From Eledone cirrhosa (lineage: Eukaryota), in assembly GCA_964016885.1 (NCBI GenBank), contig OZ024759.1:34348001-34412000 (forward strand): DNA of 64,000 nucleotides, given 5' to 3'. Both the position numbers and the translations under genes were made by a program. Under the pieces are notes generated by a model. That model was not told where the DNA came from, did not search any database, and saw only the letters and a program-made list of their open reading frames with translations. The first letter of the stretch is position 1. Each line of letters starts with the position of its first letter. Positions 56,777 through 64,000 of this stretch are shown in pieces.

Positions 56777-56869
56777 ACGTATTACAATTGTTTCTCCGGC
56801 GAACAGCTCGAGATTCGATCTGTTTGTGGATCGAACCTGACTCTGGATTCGCAAGTTCCTCAGATACGT
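56777..56869 (-). ncRNA. Type I hammerhead with very long stem II (family G)
   Basis: Minus strand ACGTAT CTGAGGA [~62-nt interrupted hairpin GCGAA..AGGTTCGATC-loop-GATCGAATCT..TTCGC] GAAAC AATT GTA ATACGT AATAAA. Confidence 0.8.
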
Positions 56870-57030
56870 CTAGTGATTTCGAAGCACATCCTCTTGAGCA
56901 TAGAGTGCTCAACCGGCACACCGCCTATGGATGCATCCAAGCAACCTTACTACAAATATATATAACAAAGAAAGTGTGGTAAGAAACCAGGTGGACCATA
57001 TATATATATATATAAATATATATATATATA

Positions 57031-57112
<82 letters not shown>

Positions 57113-57281
57113 AATATATATAAATATATATATATATATAAATATAAATATATATATATAAATATATATATATATAAATATATATAAATATATATATAAA
57201 TATAAATATATATATATAAATATATATATATATTTATAAATATATATATAAATATATATATAAATATATATATATATAAAT

Positions 57282-57330
<49 letters not shown>

Positions 57331-57432
57331 TATATATATATATAAATATAAATAAATATATATAAATATATATATATATATAAATGTATATATATATATA
57401 AATGTATATATATATATAAATATATATATATA

Positions 57433-57484
<52 letters not shown>

Positions 57485-57485
57485 T

Positions 57486-57572
<87 letters not shown>

Positions 57573-57584
57573 ATTATATAAGTA

Positions 57585-57805
57585 ATTAGGGCGGTTGATT
57601 GGTATATATACCATTATATAAGTAATAGGCAGTATCGGTAGAGGGTCGGAAGCCATGCTTTGCAGAGTTACGGCCCTTTATGGTCTGAGTTCAAATCCCG
57701 CCGAGGTTAACTTTGCCTTTCATCCTTACGGGGTTGATAAAATAAAGTACCAGTAATACACTGGGATAATTGCTTGCCTTGTGCCAATAGTAGAAACAAT
57801 TATAT
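57585..57805 (+). mobile_element. SINE family 1 with TSD ATTATATAAGTAAT and locally duplicated 5' junction
   Basis: ATTATATAAGTAAT at ~57573, ~57613 and ~57799. Confidence 0.8.
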
Positions 57806-58643
57806 AAGTAATTTACATTCAACACCCTAACCCTAGTCTTATGGGTGAAATAACCATACCAAAGTAGAGTTTAAATATTCCTTTAATATGTGTGGGTGTG
57901 TGCGCATGTGTAGAGCATGCGATAATAATTTGATGATTTGGGTTCAGGTATTTTTATTTCCTTCAAACGAAATATATCTTTAATAATGCGATAATTGTTA
58001 ATTTATTTTCATCGTTCTGTCTTGCTGAGTTGAAATCTCACCACATTTGTCTTCTCCAGTCACGCCTGTGTATCTATTGTGTGTGTGTATTTCATGTGGT
58101 GTATGTGTGTCTATTGTGTGTGTATGTGTGTATTCCATGTGGTGTGTGTGTGCGTATTGTATGTGTCATGTATGCGTTGCCATATGTGTGTTGTACCCTC
58201 GGGTCTCAAATATTCGTGCCCCTCTCCTTGCTTATTAAATTTTGCTATTCTATCTCCGGCAAAATTTTATTTTAAGTAGCAGCATTCCTGCGCCAATTAA
58301 TTTTCTTTAGATATTAAAAAAAAACATTTCACATGACCTAAAAAAAATGTCCATTACTAGAAATCCCATATGTTATAAATTAAACAGGATGGGTTGGTCA
58401 CCAATTATGTAAACTAAACGACTAATTCTTTTTTTGTGTGTGTTTTTTTTTTAAAGTCATCGGAGACAATCTTGAACAATTACCAATTCTCCAACCACCC
58501 CGTTTATTCCACCACCATCCGTTAATTCTAACCAAACCCCTGTTATTTGGAACCCGAGAGTAGTTGATTTTGTTGCTGTTGGAGGCTCTCCCTTGTTTAC
58601 GACGGCAATGGGGTCTTGTTATTCGAACACAGACACATCCTAT

Positions 58644-58765
58644 GTGAAGGCGCATGGCTTAGTGGCTAGAGCATTGGGCTTGCAATCGAAGGGGTGTGAA
58701 TCGAAGGGTTGTGAATTCAATTCTCGGACCGGGTGATGTGTTGTTTATTCAGCTGTAGAAATGAG
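58644..58765 (+). mobile_element. SINE family 2 head
   Basis: GTGAAGGCGCATGGCTTAGTGGCTAGAGCATTGGGCTTGCAATCG; decayed heads at ~56420-56530 (+) and ~43990-44075 (-). Confidence 0.7.
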
Positions 58766-59109
58766 ATGATAGGACTGGGGTCCATATCATTAAATCACCC
58801 AAGACACCTCCAACGAGATATACCTTGGAGGAGGCCAGCTAAACCTGCAGAGGTGTGAGCTGTCACACACACACACATAGATGTGAGCTGTCACACACAC
58901 ACACATCCTGCTCGTGAAATTAACGTCCAAGTCGCTGAAAATTACACAGACACGAGTACCCAAAATGTAGATTTATAGATTAAAAGGAGATTTAGTATCA
59001 CATAGTATGCGACAAGGCTGGTCGTTTGAATCACCTGTAAAACACACTCCTCTTTTATTTGTCAGCTGTGAGGACTTGACCTGATCGAGGTGCAGTGTCT
59101 TACATAAGG

Positions 59110-59530
59110 ACACAACACTACACTACACAAAAGTACACTACACAACACTACACAACACAACACTACACTACACAACACTACACTACACAAAACTACACTA
59201 CGCATAAGTACACTACACAACACTACACTACACAACACTACACTACACAACACTACACTACACAACACTACACTACACAACACTACACTACACAAAACTA
59301 CACAACACTACACTACACTACATTACACTACACTACACTACACTACACAACACAAGACTACACTACACTACACTACACAACACAACACAACACAACACAA
59401 CACTACACTACACTACACTACACTACATTACACTACACTACACTACACTACACAACACAACACAACACAACACAACACAACACAACACTACACTACACTA
59501 CACTACACTACACTACACTACACTACACGA
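59110..59530. repeat. (CACTA/CACAA)n pentanucleotide satellite
   Basis: Direct inspection. Confidence 0.95.
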
Positions 59531-59807
59531 CATGCGACACATCACGACGCCGAGAATCGAAATCACGCGTTCACGAGACACATGACTTCAGTAAAACTGT
59601 GTTTTATAGTAAAACTAAAGTGGTGAGTTGGCAGAGTGGTTAGAGCTTTTGTTAGAATAAGTTGCGGTACATAATTCGACTCTCGATGATCTGCTTTCAA
59701 ATTTTACCGAAGTGTCTTTTTAGAAGATCATTAAATAATAAAGTACCAATCCAGAAATGGTATCGATCCTTCCGTCCCCCCTCTCTCTCCCACTCTCTCT
59801 ATCTCTC

Positions 59808-59875
<68 letters not shown>

Positions 59876-60062
59876 TCTCTCTCTCTACCTCTCTATATAT
59901 ATATATATCGATCTATCTCTTACATACACACTCCCTCTCTATCTCACACACTCTTTTTACAGTCTCATGTTCTCTCTCTCTCGCACACATATGCAGACAC
60001 ACACACACACATTTTTTCTCTCTATCTCTCTCTCTCACACACACACACTCTCTCTCTCTTTC

Positions 60063-60122
<60 letters not shown>

Positions 60123-60179
60123 TCACACACACACACACACTGTCTGGCACTCTCTCACTCTCTCTATCTCTCTGTTACA

Positions 60180-60240
<61 letters not shown>

Positions 60241-60659
60241 ACATACACCCTCACCCCTAAACGTCTATCTATGCCAGCTTTACAACATATATTTACATAT
60301 CTTTACGTTCTGAGTTCAAATCTTGCCGAGGTTTACTTTGTCTTTTATTGTTGTTATTGCTGTTCTTGTTGTTCTTGTAGTCGTTGTTGTTGTTGTTATT
60401 GTTGTTGTTGCTGTTGCTGGTGTTGTTGCCGTTGTTGTTATTGTCGTTATTGTTGTTATTGTTGTTGTTATTGTTGTTGTTATTGTTGCTGATATTATTG
60501 TTGTTATTGTTGCTGTTGTTGTTGCTGATGCTGTTATTTTGTTAATGTCATTGTTGTTGTTGTATCGTTACATCGTCAGACTAAATACTTTACAGCATAC
60601 AGTTACGGCCCTTTGCGTTCTGAGTTCAAATCTCGCCGTGTAGAGCAGCGATACATACA

Positions 60660-60836
60660 TACGAGGGTTGCCTGAAAAGTTGAGAAGTCCATGACCTGAT
60701 TATGAAGGAGTGATGCTAAAGCTGTGAAATCTTGGATGCACTAATTTCAACTCTTCTATGTTAAGAAATAAACCTCATTTGGTCATTCCATGAGAGTATC
60801 TTGGTCAAATTATGCTCTTTTCAGCTGACACTTGTA
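60660..60836. mobile_element. Mariner-type MITE, TA flanked
   Basis: TA-CGAGGGTTGCCTGAAAAG ... CTTTTCAGCTGACACTTG-TA imperfect TIRs. Confidence 0.55.
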
Positions 60837-61221
60837 TATACAGAGTCCGTCGAAAAGATGTATGTACTTTTCAGCGGACACTTGTATATACAGAGTCCGT
60901 CGAAAAGATGTATGTACTTTTCAGCGGACACTTGTATATACAGAGTCCGTCGAAAAGATGTATGTACTTTTCAGCTGATACTTGTATATACAGAGTCCGT
61001 CGAAAAGATGTATGTACTTTTCAGCCGACACTTGTATATACAGTGTCCGTCGAAAAGATGTATGTACTTTTCAGCCGACACTTGTATATACAGTGTCCGT
61101 CGAAAAGATGTATGTACTTTTCAGCCGACACTTGTATATACAGAGTCCGTCGAAAAGATATATGTACTTTTCAGCTGATACTTGTATATACAGAGTCCGT
61201 CGAAAAGATATATACACACTT
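60817..61221. repeat. 50-bp minisatellite (~8 copies) built from transposon-like termini
   Basis: Unit CTTGTATATACAGAGTCCGTCGAAAAGATGTATGTACTTTTCAGCGGACA. Confidence 0.92.
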
Positions 61222-61321
61222 CAGGAACAGAAAATAAGACTTGTATAACTATTTAACTTGTTCATATATCTTTCTTCTCACACACACATACACACACATA
61301 CACACACACACATACACACAC

Positions 61322-61353
<32 letters not shown>

Positions 61354-61458
61354 ATATATTTACTTATATACAGACATACATAAGATGAATTTTCTTGTTG
61401 AGATATTTTGATGCAAGAAATATACTGTTAAATAATTGAATGAATATACACACACACC

Positions 61459-61511
<53 letters not shown>

Positions 61512-61631
61512 GTTCCTGAAGTGTGTATACATATTATTTGCAGACTGTATATTATATATATGTGTGTGTGCTTGTGTGTGAGTGTGTATTTACATATATC
61601 TATATATGTGTGTGTGTGTATGTATGTGTGT

Positions 61632-61685
<54 letters not shown>

Positions 61686-61843
61686 ATGTGTGTATATATA
61701 TATATACATATATATATGTGTGTGTATATATATCGCACCACCAACTACACAAACCAAGATGGGTGAACTGCACTACGTTGAGTACTCTCCACAATATTAC
61801 ACACGGAATGAGCAATTCTATCCAGTTGTGAACCAACAAACCT

Positions 61844-61881
<38 letters not shown>

Positions 61882-61886
<5 letters not shown>

Positions 61887-62062
61887 AACAAGTAAGACCC
61901 CGACGGCTGAGCTCAAGCCGTTTCGACGGCTAATTCTGGACTCGAAACGGCTTGAGCTCAGCCGTCGGGGTCTTACTTGTTCCTATTACCCACTCTACTA
62001 CCCTAAGTATTGAGTACTTTGGTGCGTTATGGTCCACCTGGTTCCTTACCACATTTCCTTCG

Positions 62063-62065
<3 letters not shown>
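61882..62065 (+). mobile_element. Family B element: fold-back head with 3' half of a hammerhead + ~85-bp tail, in (TA)n
   Basis: GAAAC GGC-ttgagctca-GCC GTC GGGGTC; tail ending CCACATTTCCTTCGTTA; inverted head; (TA)n flanks. Confidence 0.78.
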
Positions 62066-62120
<55 letters not shown>

Positions 62121-62123
<3 letters not shown>

Positions 62124-62324
62124 TTTTAATATAGATGAGATTCTACAGGACTAGAACTGTTTCATTCATTAGAAATCATCAGGAATCATGAGATTCCTGA
62201 TGATTTCTAATGAATGAAACAGTTCTAGTCCTGTAGAATCTCATCTATATTAAAACTTTTATACTCTGCTATGTATTGAGTACCTTACTTACTGTGGTTA
62301 CCTCCGATTCAACCCGGAATAACG
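62121..62324 (+). mobile_element. Family A HHR element, second copy
   Basis: Same sequence as 14590-14791 with a different fold-back junction; (TA)n flanks. Confidence 0.8.
62188..62244 (+). ncRNA. Type I hammerhead ribozyme (family A)
   Basis: 9-bp stem I ATGAGATTC/GAATCTCAT; CTGATGA 62197-62203; GAAA 62216-62219; stem III ACAG/CTGT; GUA at 62233-62235; mirror copy on - strand. Confidence 0.87.
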
Positions 62325-62361
<37 letters not shown>

Positions 62362-62385
62362 ATATATATGTATGTATATATATAC

Positions 62386-62417
<32 letters not shown>

Positions 62418-62439
62418 TTAAATATATATATATATTTAA

Positions 62440-62498
<59 letters not shown>

Positions 62499-62740
62499 CA
62501 TGGTACCAAGTCTTCGGCAACACTCCCCCGCCGTACGCGTGCTACAAACATATATGTTAACGATATATTTACAAGTAGAGAATGACAGAATGAGAGAATT
62601 TACGAATGAACGAATGGTTCAGTGAATGAATGAATGACAGCGAAACGTGTTTTGGACGGGATTGTGTTTTTTACTCGACAGAGAAGACTTTCAAACTGAC
62701 AGATAGATAGATGGATAGATAGATAGAGAGATAGATAGAT

Positions 62741-63495
62741 ATATTTCTTTATTAGCCACAGGGGCACAAAAGAAGGGGACAAATACAAAGGGGGAAGTTT
62801 ACATACAATAAAAACGTGTAAAATGTTATCACAGATGGAATTTAAAAGTTAGTCGATTTTCCCCAATAGAGGGAGACAGTTTATATGGGTAACACAGACC
62901 CCCGAAAAAAATGTGCAACCCTCATCTCCAGGAGTACGAAGAGCTTGTACTCCTTTCCTCTCCTCCTCCTTTTCCTCAACCTACAGGCTGATATAGAGAG
63001 AAGGCCCATTCACTCGGGCCATTCTCGCCACTTTCACCCACCTTTCATAAAACTTGCTGGGGTACAGCACCTCTCTCTCCATCCTGATTCTTCTTCCAAA
63101 GTGGTATTTGAAAAAAAGAATCAGTTGTTGGCCGGAGAGAAAGGTGTCTGACCTCAGCCCTTTCAACCTTGTCCACCATACAACCTCTTTCGCCATAGCT
63201 ATCACACAAAGGAAAACCGCCTCTCCTTCGTTTTTGAAGGAGGGTGGCGGTTTGATCATGACAATGGACTCGGTGGTCAACTGGATTGGTCCCACCCGCG
63301 ACAATAGTCGTTCCACATAGCCCCACAGGTCAGTGACGCCCGGGCAGTGTATGAATGCGTGCGCGACGGTTTCTTCGTCTCGCACGCACCTCGGACAGAT
63401 CTTTTTTGCAGGGTCCCTTCCCGGGCGCCCATGTCTGTAGAGCTTGTCTCGAACTGGTAGAGCTCCTCGGTAGCACTGCCAGGCCAGGGACTTTT
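62741..63495 (-). mobile_element. 5'-truncated L1/Tx1-clade LINE (ORF2 C-terminus + 3'UTR) inserted in (GATA)n
   Basis: Zinc-finger-bearing ORF end, 3'UTR ending GTGGCTAATAAAGAAAT, (GATA)n on both sides. Confidence 0.85.
62981..63493 (-). pseudogene. Tx1/L1 ORF2 C-terminal fragment (zf-RVT-like CCHC region), open frame of 170 aa
   Basis: KSLAWQCYRGALPVRDKLYRHG..ICPRCVRDEETVAHAFIHCPGVTDLW..; CxxC..ET..H...C motif typical of L1/Tx1 ORF2. Confidence 0.85.
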
Positions 63496-63502
63496 GATAG
63501 AG

Positions 63503-63550
<48 letters not shown>

Positions 63551-63575
63551 TGTTTCATGTATTTATGAATATTGT

Positions 63576-63625
<50 letters not shown>

Positions 63626-64000
63626 GTGTATATATATATGTGTGTGTAAACTACGTGAATTTGTATATCTGGCGATATACGGTATGTTTATAAATAAACA
63701 CACACACACACATATATATATATTATATATATATTAACTTACTATAAAAATAGTAACAACAAAGTCAAGTCGAGTTATGTTACCTATTCATTTCAGTGTT
63801 TTACGATCGTTTCGGAGTGTTTATCATATTGACATATTGACTGATATATAGCAGTTATATAATTGTATACTATCAGACATAATATATGGTTATATAGCTG
63901 CTATAGATCAGTCAATGTATCAATATGATCACTGAAAAGGTCACAGAATGTGTGACGAATGAACTTTGACAATATATGAACAACCGTCCGGTTATGGAAC

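Noticed and set aside
58644-58735. tRNA-Cys-like gene
   Set aside because: Internal duplication, imperfect cloverleaf and continuation into a SINE body; it is a SINE head
59110-59530. CACTA transposon termini or HYTTQ repeat protein
   Set aside because: Simple pentanucleotide satellite without TIR structure
60817-61221. Regularly spaced repeats resembling a CRISPR array
   Set aside because: No unique spacers, no cas genes, eukaryotic context

Overview
Extremely repeat-rich eukaryotic, animal-type non-coding DNA. The microsatellite load ((TA)n, (CA)n, (GA)n, (TACA)n, (GATA)n, (TAC/CAT/CAA)n, (CACTA)n) and the SINE families resemble an octopus/coleoid cephalopod genome; this is inference from recalled repeats, not a search. 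Nearly every ORF in the supplied track is a microsatellite translation artefact, and no host gene is confidently identifiable. The only clearly protein-like segments are 3' fragments of non-LTR retrotransposons (L1/Tx1, R4/Dong, RTE, Ingi/Vingi-like). The main signal: many short unique islands embedded in (TA)n tracts carry type I hammerhead ribozyme (HHR) folds (stem I - CUGANGA - stem II - GAAA - stem III - NUH). There are at least 7 sequence families and about 14 complete or degenerate motifs, plus a multi-copy family truncated inside stem II. They are usually arranged as an inverted partial copy plus a direct copy with a tail. This matches Penelope-like element (PLE) pseudo-LTR or retrozyme remnants that appear to target (TA)n. 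Also present: (GATA)n-associated Tx1 3' ends stacked in tandem, SINE arrays with shared target duplications, an empty/filled SINE site pair, a 50-bp satellite made from MITE termini, and candidate recursive-splice motifs. All folds were done by eye.
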